Sequence record: PP526029.1
DNA: 52,593 bases
Source of the DNA: Klebsiella phage vB_KM5a1_KLB19
Reading direction: 5' to 3' (one strand)
Every line of letters starts with the position of its first letter. The stretch's first letter is position 1. Below the pieces are notes generated by a model. That model was not told the origin of the DNA, searched no databases, and saw only the letters and a program-made list of their open reading frames with translations. The position numbers were made by a program, and so were the translations under genes. Positions 38,976 through 48,132 of the stretch are shown here, piece after piece.

Positions 38976-39324
38976 GTTTTTTAAACTCCCGAAGTTTAGC
39001 CGCGCATGACTTGCTGCATGTTTTGCCCCAGCCTCGCGCGAGGTCTGCTTTTTTCACTGCGTAAACTCGCGGGCACCCAGGAGCCTCGCAGCACTTCATT
39101 GCATTGCTTTTGCCGTAGCCGATAGGCTTCCCGCCACCTAACGCGATGTGAGTTTCTCGCGGTGAGTCATCCTTCTTTGTTCGCCAGAATTGCTGCACAC
39201 TGGCGATCACTTCCCCATCTTGCGACAAGAGGATCAGAACTGCCTTTTCGCCAGATTCTACAACTTCGCACATGTGCTGCTTATCGTCACCGAACTTGAT
39301 GAGTACGCGATCGCCAGCTTTCAT
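38962..39324 (-). CDS. hypothetical protein with C-terminal Cys4-like motif
   Basis: MKCCEAPGCPRVYAV...GKTCSKSCAAKLREFKKHAAK. Confidence 0.6.
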   Translation of the reverse strand: MKAGDRVLIKFGDDKQHMCEVVESGEKAVLILLSQDGEVIASVQQFWRTKKDDSPRETHIALGGGKPIGYGKSNAMKCCEAPGCPRVYAVKKADLARGWGKTCSKSCAAKLREFKKHAAK

Positions 39325-39325
39325 G

Positions 39326-39553
39326 TTATCCCCCGAAAGAAACGATGAAGATGTTGTGAGTGTCCAGTGCCTTGATCACTTCCGCTTCCGTGTAGCGAGT
39401 GAGGCCGGAGCCAGGGGTTTTGCCTACCACAAACGAACCATCACGGCGGGCAGTTACGCACAGTTGCGTGATGCCGCTTGCGCGATCCATCTTCACTTTT
39501 ACTGCGCCAGTTTTTGCCAGGTGAGCCATGATATTTGCGGTTTTAGTTTTCAT
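39326..39553 (-). CDS. hypothetical protein
   Basis: ATG 39553. Confidence 0.55.
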   Translation of the reverse strand: MKTKTANIMAHLAKTGAVKVKMDRASGITQLCVTARRDGSFVVGKTPGSGLTRYTEAEVIKALDTHNIFIVSFGG

Positions 39554-39624
39554 TTCAGTTTCCTTGTTTGGTTGGTGTGAAAGCATTATGCCAAATCACG
39601 CCGGATTATTTTTAACAAAAAGTG

Positions 39625-39861
39625 CTATTTCAATTTTATTTCGTTGTACGCGCAGAACTCGATCACGTACTCGCATTCGCTGGGTGACTCACTACCTCGA
39701 AGCACATCACAGCCGCCATGACTACCCAGAAACGCTGGGCAGGTGATGCACAAATCACCGCCGCATTTCGATTCAACGATTGACAACCCGTTACACCTCC
39801 CGCCGCCGAATCGGTGCGGGAAGTCATAGGCCATGCAATCGCAGGTAACTTGCTTCCGCAT
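39625..39861 (-). CDS. Cys-rich small protein
   Basis: VTCDCMAYDFPHRFGGGRC...CGGDLCITCPAF. Confidence 0.55.
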   Translation of the reverse strand: MRKQVTCDCMAYDFPHRFGGGRCNGLSIVESKCGGDLCITCPAFLGSHGGCDVLRGSESPSECEYVIEFCAYNEIKLK

Positions 39862-39870
39862 GGCTCCCCC

Positions 39871-40152
39871 TTACGCGGTTTTCTTTGCGATCTTCCAGGC
39901 TTCTTTAAACGCTGGTACGTCGTCGATCTCAATCCAGAATCCAGAACTCATGCCCTCTTCGTACAGCGGGCAAAGGTCGCAGTATGAGTGCCAGGTTTTT
40001 TCTTCGCCGCCGATTGAAAATCCAGTGCTCATTGCGCAAAGTGCATCTTCAACACGTTCCAGGCGCTCTGCGTCGTTGTCGTGAATTACGAAGTTCCATT
40101 TGCCGTTATACTCGCTACCCAGTTTGATTGATTCGCGTACCAGTTTCATTTT
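39871..40152 (-). CDS. hypothetical protein
   Basis: ATG 40152 after box promoter. Confidence 0.55.
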   Translation of the reverse strand, partial: KMKLVRESIKLGSEYNGKWNFVIHDNDAERLERVEDALCAMSTGFSIGGEEKTWHSYCDLCPLYEEGMSSGFWIEIDDVPAFKEAWKIAKKTA

Positions 40153-40284
40153 GTTGCCCTTTTGTGTGCTTCGTTTCGATGGAGTAATAATAACAAAAGC
40201 ACGAACCGCCGTTTTAGCAATTCGTGCTATTTGATTAAGATCGCGCGCGAAACTTCCGCACCTGGGCAGTTGGCCTTTGACCAA

Positions 40285-40482
40285 TCAGCGCGTCAATTGC
40301 TTTTCGTATCGGTTAAGCTTAATCCAGATCTCACCGTACTTGCGCGCCCACTTGTTCACTCCAGGCCGAAAGAGCGCCTCTGTATCGTACAGGTGAGAGT
40401 AAACCCACTTCATGTTACCGATATGCCGGAGCATACCCTTGCACTTCCCGCGATTAGTCCAGCGCCTGATAATTTTCATGAT
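40285..40482 (-). CDS. hypothetical protein
   Basis: ATG 40482. Confidence 0.5.
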   Translation of the reverse strand: MMKIIRRWTNRGKCKGMLRHIGNMKWVYSHLYDTEALFRPGVNKWARKYGEIWIKLNRYEKQLTR

Positions 40483-40736
40483 TTCACCGTTAAAAATTGA
40501 ACCGCCTTTTCGATGCACTCACCCTGCGATCCGTAGAACACAGAGAAACCACGCTGGCAGATTGTCCAGGTACGCGATCCCTTTTTGGTCTGCTTAATCT
40601 CAACGTGTCCGTAAGGATTCCGACGCACGCACTTGAACGCCCCGACCTTATCACCATTGCGCTTCGTGCTGTATTTGTCCGTAACGACAATCCCGCTATC
40701 CGTTGCCATGTCAATTGCTTGCTGAATGGTAATCAT
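40476..40736 (-). CDS. hypothetical protein
   Basis: ATG 40736. Confidence 0.5.
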   Translation of the reverse strand: MITIQQAIDMATDSGIVVTDKYSTKRNGDKVGAFKCVRRNPYGHVEIKQTKKGSRTWTICQRGFSVFYGSQGECIEKAVQFLTVKS

Positions 40737-40740
40737 GATC

Positions 40741-41004
40741 TCAATCCTCAACTGTAAAATTAACGGGTGATTTTCCATCAATCTTGCGCTGGGCATTCAC
40801 CAGGCCTTCAAACTTCGCCATGCACTCACGCAAATCGGTAAAGGTGGATGCGCTACCCATTACGCGATAAGACTCAACGTTTTTGCCGCGCACATAGTTG
40901 ATAACCTTTTTGCAGATCTTGAACTTGTCGCCCTTCGCGTCACATTCCTGGAATACTGCAATTGTTGTTGAGCCATGCTTGAATGCTTTAGTGATGAATG
41001 CCAT
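40741..41004 (-). CDS. hypothetical protein
   Basis: ATG 41004 after box promoter. Confidence 0.5.
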   Translation of the reverse strand: MAFITKAFKHGSTTIAVFQECDAKGDKFKICKKVINYVRGKNVESYRVMGSASTFTDLRECMAKFEGLVNAQRKIDGKSPVNFTVED

Positions 41005-41094
41005 AAATCCCCCTGCGTTTCGATGAAATGATAGTAACCCATCTGCGCTGATCGGTTTTAGCAAAAAGTGCTATTTATTCGATTGCCCTCCATT

Positions 41095-41151
41095 ATTCCA
41101 TTTATTCCAATTATTCCGAATATTCCATTCCATCGGAATAGTTATTCCCGA
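41095..41151. repeat. iteron-like array plus dyad
   Basis: ATTCCATTT ATTCCAATT ATTCCGAAT ATTCCATTC (9-bp period, 41095-41130) then ATCGGAATA-GT-TATTCCGAT (41132-41151). Confidence 0.6.
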
Positions 41152-41685
41152 TCTCGTTACAGATCAGATCCGATCGTGATGATTCGATGCCGCTCCTTTC
41201 GTGATTAGATTTGACGAGTTTTGATTGTGATGTGATGAATGATGATGATTGATGACACTAGACCGATTGGTCTAATCATTTTTTCGCACCGCACTTTTTG
41301 CGCTTGTTATTGTTGTTGTCGTGTGTTTCAATTTCACGCCCTCCGTGGAATCCGAAACGGAATAGTTGTTAATTAACAAAAATAACACTATATCCCTTTA
41401 TAGTAAGTAATTAATATATATAGGTTTTTTATATTATATAAATATTGTTGTTATAGATTGTTCTATATGTTTCACCATTCACGGGAGATATGTATACATT
41501 TTCCGAAAGGAATGGGCATATGATATTGCGCTTCCATTTGGACGGCGTGACGTAGGTATACATATACCCCTCCGCAAATAGCGGAACAAGGGCAACAGCC
41601 GATAACATTCGTCGCTAACAAGCGGCGCGCCTGCGCTCGCCTCGCGAAAAGTGTTATAAGGCCGATTATTAACAACGGGTAACAG

Positions 41686-41714
41686 TTGACAACAACCGCG
41701 CCACCAGGCACAAT
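41686..41714 (+). promoter_or_regulatory. sigma70 promoter
   Basis: TTGACA-17 nt-CACAAT upstream of the first rightward gene of the right-hand array. Confidence 0.65.
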
Positions 41715-41745
41715 GCAACCATCCACAACCAAAGGAGAAATAACC

Positions 41746-42252
41746 ATGTCAGAGAGAACGTTAGCAAACATCGTGCGACACATCGCAACCCAGGCGCTCG
41801 CCCATGAAGAGCAGGTGTTGACCGTGTCATTGCCAGCCATCGTGCAAAACCTCGACCCAGACGGCGCGCCGATGCCAGGCACCGAAGAAATGGATGCAGC
41901 CGTTGCCGCACTCAAAAAGAAGATGACCAAATCTTACATCACGATCACCATCAACCGCATGAAGGATGTGCAGGCCGTCAACAAGTCTGCCGTTGCCCGA
42001 TTCTTCACGTGTGACGATCGCGGCGTGGCAATGCTGGAAGTCGGATTTAAGGAAGGCAACACGACACGCGAACGGGGCGCAATCCAAACAGACCGCACGC
42101 AGTACAAGCACGGATATCATGACGGGTTAGACAAGGCGATCGCCTTCGTGCCAGATTTCGTGGATTACTCAGACGAGGAAACGCTCATCGCTCGCCGCCT
42201 ACTGGTGGAAATGCGCGCTCACCTGGCAGCGCTCAAGGAAGGTGCGGAATGA
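41746..42252 (+). CDS. hypothetical protein
   Basis: ATG 41746 with AAAGGAG RBS. Confidence 0.65.
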   Translation: MSERTLANIVRHIATQALAHEEQVLTVSLPAIVQNLDPDGAPMPGTEEMDAAVAALKKKMTKSYITITINRMKDVQAVNKSAVARFFTCDDRGVAMLEVGFKEGNTTRERGAIQTDRTQYKHGYHDGLDKAIAFVPDFVDYSDEETLIARRLLVEMRAHLAALKEGAE

Positions 42253-42449
42253 AAAAACACAGAATCGTTTTAGTCGATACGGTCACGGCGTTTGGCGATC
42301 CGGTCAAGTGGTATGCCGTCCAGGTGCGGGTTGCCTTATTCTGGTGGATTACGATTCATCACTTCTCACAGTTAAGCCAGGCGCGCTACTGGCTGCACAA
42401 GAGCGGAGCGCCGCACAAGCCAGAAAAAGTGGTAAAGGTCATCGAATAG
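42249..42449 (+). CDS. hypothetical small protein
   Basis: ATGA overlap with upstream gene. Confidence 0.55.
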   Translation: MKKHRIVLVDTVTAFGDPVKWYAVQVRVALFWWITIHHFSQLSQARYWLHKSGAPHKPEKVVKVIE

Positions 42450-42523
42450 CACTTTTTGCTAAAACAGCCCGAAGGGAATCGGGCATAATGGCTTCATTGA
42501 AACGAAACGCAAAGAGGCACCAA

Positions 42524-42886
42524 ATGAACTTCCCGATTATCATCGAAGATGGCAATACCCTGATCACCTTCACCGGAAAGAATGAGCGCAGCGTGACAGC
42601 GCCGGAGGCTTACGACCAATTCGGCAACGTCATTCACTCAAGCCTTGACGATATGATGATTCGCATCGAGTCAGGCCGCGCCGCTATCGTTTTCACTGCC
42701 GATTCTCCGATCGTGGTTATCCGTCCGGTAATGGATAAGCTTTACCGAATCCGAAGCGGCCAGGTTGAGTGCAGCGTTAATGATGGCAAGTTCTGGATGA
42801 GCAGCAACGCCAGTGTTTGCTGGTTCATCGCAACAATGCGAATCTGCGGGAAGGCTTACGCTCCCCTGGGTGAATTCATTGGCTAA
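42524..42886 (+). CDS. hypothetical protein
   Basis: ATG 42524 downstream of box promoter. Confidence 0.55.
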   Translation: MNFPIIIEDGNTLITFTGKNERSVTAPEAYDQFGNVIHSSLDDMMIRIESGRAAIVFTADSPIVVIRPVMDKLYRIRSGQVECSVNDGKFWMSSNASVCWFIATMRICGKAYAPLGEFIG

Positions 42887-42937
42887 AACACAACGCCGGA
42901 GCAATCCGGCACATACCAACAAGAGAAGGAATGCACC

Positions 42938-43153
42938 ATGAGAACTGAAATTTTAGACAGCTTCGGAGACTCAATTGTTGTGTCTCGCATGGCTGAAAAT
43001 GCACCAAACCCGCAAGACGTGAAAGTTGTGTTTTACGCGGGAAGCGAGCAAGAGCACGACGAATCAATGATGATGTCAATCAGCGCAGATGATGCACGCG
43101 CCCTGGCGAAAGCATTGCTCAACATGGCTGACGAAGTGGAGCGCCCACGATGA
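42938..43153 (+). CDS. hypothetical protein
   Basis: 71 aa, RBS AAGGA. Confidence 0.55.
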   Translation: MRTEILDSFGDSIVVSRMAENAPNPQDVKVVFYAGSEQEHDESMMMSISADDARALAKALLNMADEVERPR

Positions 43154-43467
43154 AACGATTTTCACTACTGGCACCAATCGCACTTCTTGCAGCGCTAACC
43201 ATTGCATTAACCGGATGCGACAACTCAACCCGCGTGCCATCGGAGCAGCGCCACAACGTGCAGGTCAACACTATTGAATCAGGCCGCGTGACCGTGCGCA
43301 AGATTTCAGAGTTTCGCGACACCCTGGCTTATGATGACTATCGCGGCGTGTACATCATCACGGACAAAGACACGGGGCGCGAGTATATCGGCGTAAGCGG
43401 GATTGGCATCAGTGAGATCGGATCTCATGGGTGCGGCAAGGGTTGCACCAGGCAAGACGAACGATAG
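43150..43467 (+). CDS. lipoprotein
   Basis: MKRFSLLAPIALLAALTIALTGCDNS lipobox; VYIITDKDTGREYIGVSGIGISEIG (DUF6440-like). Confidence 0.7.
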   Translation: MKRFSLLAPIALLAALTIALTGCDNSTRVPSEQRHNVQVNTIESGRVTVRKISEFRDTLAYDDYRGVYIITDKDTGREYIGVSGIGISEIGSHGCGKGCTRQDER

Positions 43468-43537
43468 CACGAATTGCTAAAACTCATCTTCGGGGCTATG
43501 CCATAATAGCCCCACACCAAGCGAGAAGGAAACAGCA

Positions 43538-44122
43538 ATGAAATTCACAATCGAAGTTGTAAAGGGCGTTTATCGCCTTGTTGCAGAAGATCAGCGCTTC
43601 TGGGTTCTGCCAGAAAACACAAAGAGCGTTTGCTTTGATGAAGATGGCGAAATCTGGGCTTATGAGTCCGGCAACGTCACAATCCCGAAAGGTAACAAGG
43701 CGTGGATTGATCAGGGTTCGGACGGATTTGTTGTGCAGATAGGCAAGACCTCACCAGTTGACGTGAAGGGCAGGATCTGGCGTACAGAAATCAAAGTGCC
43801 ATCACAGGCGCAGTGCGCAGCAGATGCAGCACACAAAGCGCTCATGGAAATCGAGCCTGCAAAGATTCCGAAACCACGAGCAGATCGCCGCGTGCTTCGT
43901 GGCCTGGTTCTGGACAGCATCACCCGCGATGTTGAGGCAGGCGAGTTGGGCGCACGCAATACGGCGGCAATCATTCGCGATCTGGACGTTGCGACGTTCA
44001 ACGGCTACACAACGTTAAAGCTGGTGCAGGCATTCGCCCTGGCTGGCTATGATATCCGCAACACTCACACGATGAAGGCATTAGAAGCCATCGATCGCAA
44101 GGTTCAAGAGGCCTGGGCATGA
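43538..44122 (+). CDS. hypothetical protein
   Basis: 194 aa, downstream of box promoter. Confidence 0.6.
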   Translation: MKFTIEVVKGVYRLVAEDQRFWVLPENTKSVCFDEDGEIWAYESGNVTIPKGNKAWIDQGSDGFVVQIGKTSPVDVKGRIWRTEIKVPSQAQCAADAAHKALMEIEPAKIPKPRADRRVLRGLVLDSITRDVEAGELGARNTAAIIRDLDVATFNGYTTLKLVQAFALAGYDIRNTHTMKALEAIDRKVQEAWA

Positions 44123-44223
44123 GCACGCTCGCACCAATTATCATCACAATCGGCGTGTGCCTGGCTATCGTCGTGATCGCAAGGCTCATCGTAACAGCTA
44201 TCCGCATCAAGCGGGATGAATAG
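44119..44223 (+). CDS. 34-aa membrane micro-protein
   Basis: ATGA overlap; MSTLAPIIITIGVCLAIVVIARLIVTAIRIKRDE. Confidence 0.5.
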   Translation: MSTLAPIIITIGVCLAIVVIARLIVTAIRIKRDE

Positions 44224-44294
44224 CACGAAATGACAAAACGGCTGGCTCACTGACTGGTATACTCTTTTCCATACCAAAACAGGAGCCAGTTACC

Positions 44295-44480
44295 ATGCAA
44301 TACAAAACGATTTACACCCACTGCGGCAAGGCATTCACAGCCAATGCCGACTCCATCGAGTACATGCCATGGTTCGGCGTGTGGAAGATGTGGAAAATCA
44401 CCTCCAGCGGGTATGAAGAATATTATATCCGCAAGATGTATGTTTCCGAAGTCATTGAGCATGACGAATTTTTCAACTAA
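44295..44480 (+). CDS. hypothetical small protein
   Basis: RBS AGGAG, box promoter upstream. Confidence 0.55.
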   Translation: MQYKTIYTHCGKAFTANADSIEYMPWFGVWKMWKITSSGYEEYYIRKMYVSEVIEHDEFFN

Positions 44481-44519
44481 TAACCCATCAGGGGCGCAAG
44501 CCCTTTCAAGGAATCAGCC

Positions 44520-44918
44520 ATGAAAACAATCAAAGTGAAGTGCATCAGCATTGATAGCGCAGCCGCTATGGGTGAGTATTACACGCCTGGAAAATGGTAT
44601 TCCATGACGGTTGGTGAGGGGATCATAATCCGCAAGGAGCGCCGCATTCAATCGAACAATCCAGGGCCTATGGGAAATTTTCACGTTGAGCGAGTGCCTG
44701 GCGATAGCAACCTATATCGCGTTTCCGGCTTCGGTGAAACTGTTTTCGACGCAGCGCCGCACCGCTTCCGAAAGGTAAACCGTAGCGCCGCGTGGGGGCA
44801 GATTGAGATCGATTATTCACGATGCAAGCGCAGCATTCGCAACCAGGCTCGAAACCTGGCGAAAGAGCACTTTTCTTGCGGCAAGCTGGAGAAGATCGCG
44901 CGCAGCTATGGCAAATAG
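44520..44918 (+). CDS. hypothetical protein (KVKCI...YTPGKWY motif)
   Basis: 132 aa. Confidence 0.6.
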   Translation: MKTIKVKCISIDSAAAMGEYYTPGKWYSMTVGEGIIIRKERRIQSNNPGPMGNFHVERVPGDSNLYRVSGFGETVFDAAPHRFRKVNRSAAWGQIEIDYSRCKRSIRNQARNLAKEHFSCGKLEKIARSYGK

Positions 44919-44983
44919 CACTTTTTGTTAAAACGACGATTCGGGGTTGCGCTATAGTAACCCCATCAACAACGAACGAGGAA

Positions 44984-45211
44984 ATGCAAATGCGCCTTTT
45001 ATGCACATTCAGCCAAACGAAAAACTTCGTTGCTGGCAAGGAGTACGAAAGCGAAGTTGTACGGCGTTGCGGGATGGATTTCAACGAGGTTAAGGGTGAA
45101 AGCGGCTTTCCCGTATGCCTTCAGCCTGGCGATAGCGCCCGCGATGTATCAGCTTTTTCAGGTCACAAACTGTTAGCAGACTTTCAACCAGTAGAAGAGG
45201 AAATGAAATAA
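44984..45211 (+). CDS. hypothetical protein (FVAGKEYE motif)
   Basis: ATG 44984 (or 44990) after box promoter. Confidence 0.55.
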   Translation: MQMRLLCTFSQTKNFVAGKEYESEVVRRCGMDFNEVKGESGFPVCLQPGDSARDVSAFSGHKLLADFQPVEEEMK

Positions 45212-45573
45212 TGAAAATTCGCCTGCTCAATAGCTCAATCTATGGCGGCCAACCATCCAGTGCTTATGACCCATCAGAGCATCAGGAAAATTACCCCGTA
45301 GTTGTGGAAGCTGAAATGCGAGAAGAAAGCTACTTGAAGGCACATAACCTTCCGCGCGTTTCTTACTCTGAAATGGATCGCGTATTCCCGATCGTGTTTA
45401 GCTGGGGCGAGCCATACAGCCGCGAAAATGCAATGGGGCACAATGAAGGCCTCACCTGGTGGCCTGGAAAGGATGAATCTAAATCGTGGGAGCCTGTAAC
45501 GCCGTTCGACTACTGGAACAAGTTGAAGGCATCCCGTCCGGTTGGTGATGTGGTTCCGAAGGGGTACTTATGA
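45211..45573 (+). CDS. hypothetical protein
   Basis: 120 aa. Confidence 0.55.
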   Translation: MKIRLLNSSIYGGQPSSAYDPSEHQENYPVVVEAEMREESYLKAHNLPRVSYSEMDRVFPIVFSWGEPYSRENAMGHNEGLTWWPGKDESKSWEPVTPFDYWNKLKASRPVGDVVPKGYL

Positions 45574-45812
45574 GAAAGTTAACCCGCGACGAAGAGCGCT
45601 TTAAATCATGCCTCAAGAAGAGCAAGAGCAAAACCATTCACCTTTCAACGAATGGATCGCAACTCTTCTGGCACTTCAAGGATGTTGAGCAGGCGGGCTG
45701 GCATCCTGAAACCATCACGGATCTGATCCGCGATGACTTGATAGAAATCCGGCTCATGGTTGGCGGCGGCGCTGGTGTCGCATACTACCAGGGCATAACG
45801 TGGAGTAAGTGA
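45570..45812 (+). CDS. hypothetical protein
   Basis: 80 aa, ATGA overlap. Confidence 0.55.
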   Translation: MRKLTRDEERFKSCLKKSKSKTIHLSTNGSQLFWHFKDVEQAGWHPETITDLIRDDLIEIRLMVGGGAGVAYYQGITWSK

Positions 45813-45813
45813 A

Positions 45814-45999
45814 ATGCAAGTTTACAAATCACCAGGCGGTGCGCGTTACGTTGTGATTAACGGTTTTGTGTACTGCAAGCCAGTTGAGGGAATTGTTTTC
45901 CTTTCTTCGATGAGCGTTGAGCGATTTCTCGCCCTTATCGCTGGCGGCCTGCTTACGTTTGAAAAGCTGATACCGCCAATCCTTCTGAAAAAGCACTAA
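45814..45999 (+). CDS. hypothetical small protein
   Basis: 61 aa. Confidence 0.5.
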   Translation: MQVYKSPGGARYVVINGFVYCKPVEGIVFLSSMSVERFLALIAGGLLTFEKLIPPILLKKH

Positions 46000-46073
46000 T
46001 TGCTAAAACTTGCCCAGGGGCATTTGATAGAATGCCTCTCATCAAGTTAACGCAACCAACAAACGAGGCAGTT

Positions 46074-46820
46074 ATGACTATTCAACGATACAGGCCGACA
46101 CTGGCAGGCGAAGGCCGCAACAAGCGCGCCGTAATGACCACTGACGCGCACGGCGTGTATGTAACCCACGCATCACATCAGGCAGAAACAGACCGCTTAA
46201 AACGCGAATTAGACGCCTTAAAAGAGGGCTTAAAACGTCAAATTTTCGCCCCGCTTGAAAAAGCCATGATGAATGCGCTTATTAAAACGGCAATGCAGGC
46301 AACGCAGGCCGTCTACACCGTCAACCCATGCGACAAGCTGACTTCCGAGCGCGTGCGTGAAATTATGGATGCCCAGATCGGGGCGGGGGTAATCAGCCTG
46401 GCGGAATCGGAAGAGCACGGCTTCGCAACTGGCGGCTTTGTTAAACAATCGGAACCAGGCGTTCGCGTTGGTGAGGTTCATTTGGGCGGCGGTGTTTTCT
46501 CAATGTCCAGCGGAGTCGATCCAGCAATGACAAACGAAGAGGCTGGCTTTGCAACTCGCTATGTGATGGCGATCCCAATCCCAGAGCAGCGCGATTCGTG
46601 GAGCCTCCTGTGCGTGAAGTCCAATTGCAAATACTTCACAGCCGGAAAGCGCTATGATTACGAGATCCGAGCAGACGAAATGGTTATTGTCCAGGATGAT
46701 TTTGTTAGTGACCTTGCGAGCGGTGATGATTACGAACTGACGGACGAAGGCGCATACTGGATGATGACCGATTCACACAGTCGGGGCGAAAGCGTCGCAA
46801 TCTTCAAGAAAAATAAATAG
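46074..46820 (+). CDS. hypothetical protein, two-part
   Basis: ATG 46074 with GAGG RBS; C-terminal LLCVKSNCKYFTAGKRYDYE motif. Confidence 0.6.
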   Translation: MTIQRYRPTLAGEGRNKRAVMTTDAHGVYVTHASHQAETDRLKRELDALKEGLKRQIFAPLEKAMMNALIKTAMQATQAVYTVNPCDKLTSERVREIMDAQIGAGVISLAESEEHGFATGGFVKQSEPGVRVGEVHLGGGVFSMSSGVDPAMTNEEAGFATRYVMAIPIPEQRDSWSLLCVKSNCKYFTAGKRYDYEIRADEMVIVQDDFVSDLASGDDYELTDEGAYWMMTDSHSRGESVAIFKKNK

Positions 46821-46891
46821 CACTTTTTGCTAAGCGGGCACGTGTGCTGACTGGTATCATGTGCCCACACCAACCAAATGGAGTGACGAGA

Positions 46892-47059
46892 ATGATTGAG
46901 CAAAAAAAGCACAGACCGGAAGCTGGTTACGCGAAGGTTTCCAGAAAAGTGCTTGAGAGGCGGCGCTGGGTTAAATATTTTATCAATCAAGGCCACACCA
47001 GATCGGTTGCGATCGGGCTGGCTAAATGGGCAACCAACAACGAAAACGGGAAGAGATAA
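46892..47059 (+). CDS. hypothetical small basic protein
   Basis: ATG 46892. Confidence 0.45.
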   Translation: MIEQKKHRPEAGYAKVSRKVLERRRWVKYFINQGHTRSVAIGLAKWATNNENGKR

Positions 47060-47589
47060 TGAACGCACTTTATAGCCATATCAATCGCCACATTGAGCAG
47101 CGCCCGAACAAGCCAGTTTTCATCTTTGACTTTGACGGCACCTTGTCTGACGGATCGCACCGCCTGGACAGGCTGCCAACCGAAAACCTTCACCTTACGG
47201 AATCATGGCAGGAGTTCAACGAGCTTTCAGCCTTCGATTCGCCGTTTGAGGACACCATTCAGGTTATGAAGGCTTGTTATCAATTCGGCACCGTCATTAT
47301 TTTGACAGGCCGCAGCGATTCGGTGCTTAATCTTTCCGTTCAATGGTTGCTTGACAATGACGCTGATTATTATGATTTCCTGGTGATGCGCGAGGCAACC
47401 GACAACCGAAAAGACACGATCATCAAAGAAGAGTTTTTGCGCTTCATCGGCCTGCATCGCATTACCGCCGCCTGGGATGATAGCCCGAAAGTTATTGAGC
47501 ACTTCCGAGGCCTGGGCATCACAACTTATCAGGTTTGCGACTACGGCGACAACGTTCACGCTGGCTTGAAGTCTCACGGAGTGAGCTAG
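47059..47589 (+). CDS. HAD-family phosphatase, polynucleotide kinase 3'-phosphatase-like
   Basis: VFIFDFDGTLSDGSHR, VIILTGRSD, REATDNRKDTIIKEEFL, AAWDDSPKVIEHFRGLGITTYQV. Confidence 0.8.
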   Translation: MNALYSHINRHIEQRPNKPVFIFDFDGTLSDGSHRLDRLPTENLHLTESWQEFNELSAFDSPFEDTIQVMKACYQFGTVIILTGRSDSVLNLSVQWLLDNDADYYDFLVMREATDNRKDTIIKEEFLRFIGLHRITAAWDDSPKVIEHFRGLGITTYQVCDYGDNVHAGLKSHGVS

Positions 47590-48132
47590 CTTAAGGAGGA
47601 GTGCGATCACATCTGGGAGCGTCACAGCACTGGTGACGATTATTATGATTGCTGCGTTAGTTGCGGCAAGTCGAAGGGGATTAAATATCTCTAACATCAT
47701 CAATGAGCAATACGGCTTGCCAGTTGTGAGCTTTAAAACTCCGATGTTCAACATCGCCCGCGCTATCCTGGGCGGCGCTGATTTCGAAAACCCATTCATG
47801 ATGGTTTACAACACTGATGAGAAAGACACACGCAAGCTTGACTGCCTGGGCGGGATGACTTGCCGCGAGTTCATGATCTGGATTAGCGAAACCATCGTGA
47901 AACCGAAGTTCGGGAAAAAGCATTTCGGCTGGCTTATGGCTGACCTTCTCACCGAAATGGAAGCGGATCAGGATCTGACGATTTGCAGTGATGGAGGATT
48001 CCCTGACGAAGTGGAGGCGCTCATTGATTGCGGTCACAAAGTCAAGCTGGTACGTATGCACCGCGAAGGCTTCGACTTCGGCAACGATAGCCGCGACTAC
48101 ATTGAGCTTTCGCCGGAGTACATCGCGAAGCC
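47242..48132. repeat. tandem duplication copy 1 (carries a 55-bp internal deletion)
   Basis: matches 48132-49077 at offset 890 up to 47687 and offset 945 from 47688. Confidence 0.9.
47688..48132 (+). pseudogene. dNMP kinase-like gene fragment lacking start codon, P-loop and C-terminus
   Basis: same amino acids as 48581-49198 from SNIINEQYG to EYIAKP, flanked by the duplication joint. Confidence 0.8.

Noticed and set aside
41095-41151. CRISPR-like array
   Set aside because: Repeats are 9 bp and contiguous with no spacers; iteron-like interpretation is better
41289-41303. CCGCACTTTTTGCGC as a functional box
   Set aside because: No -10 at the expected distance; mentioned only as similar to 20898-20912
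42871-42917. Box promoter before 42938
   Set aside because: Left arm of the box lost (TGAATTCATTGGCTA) and -10 spacing not 22; at best a decayed copy
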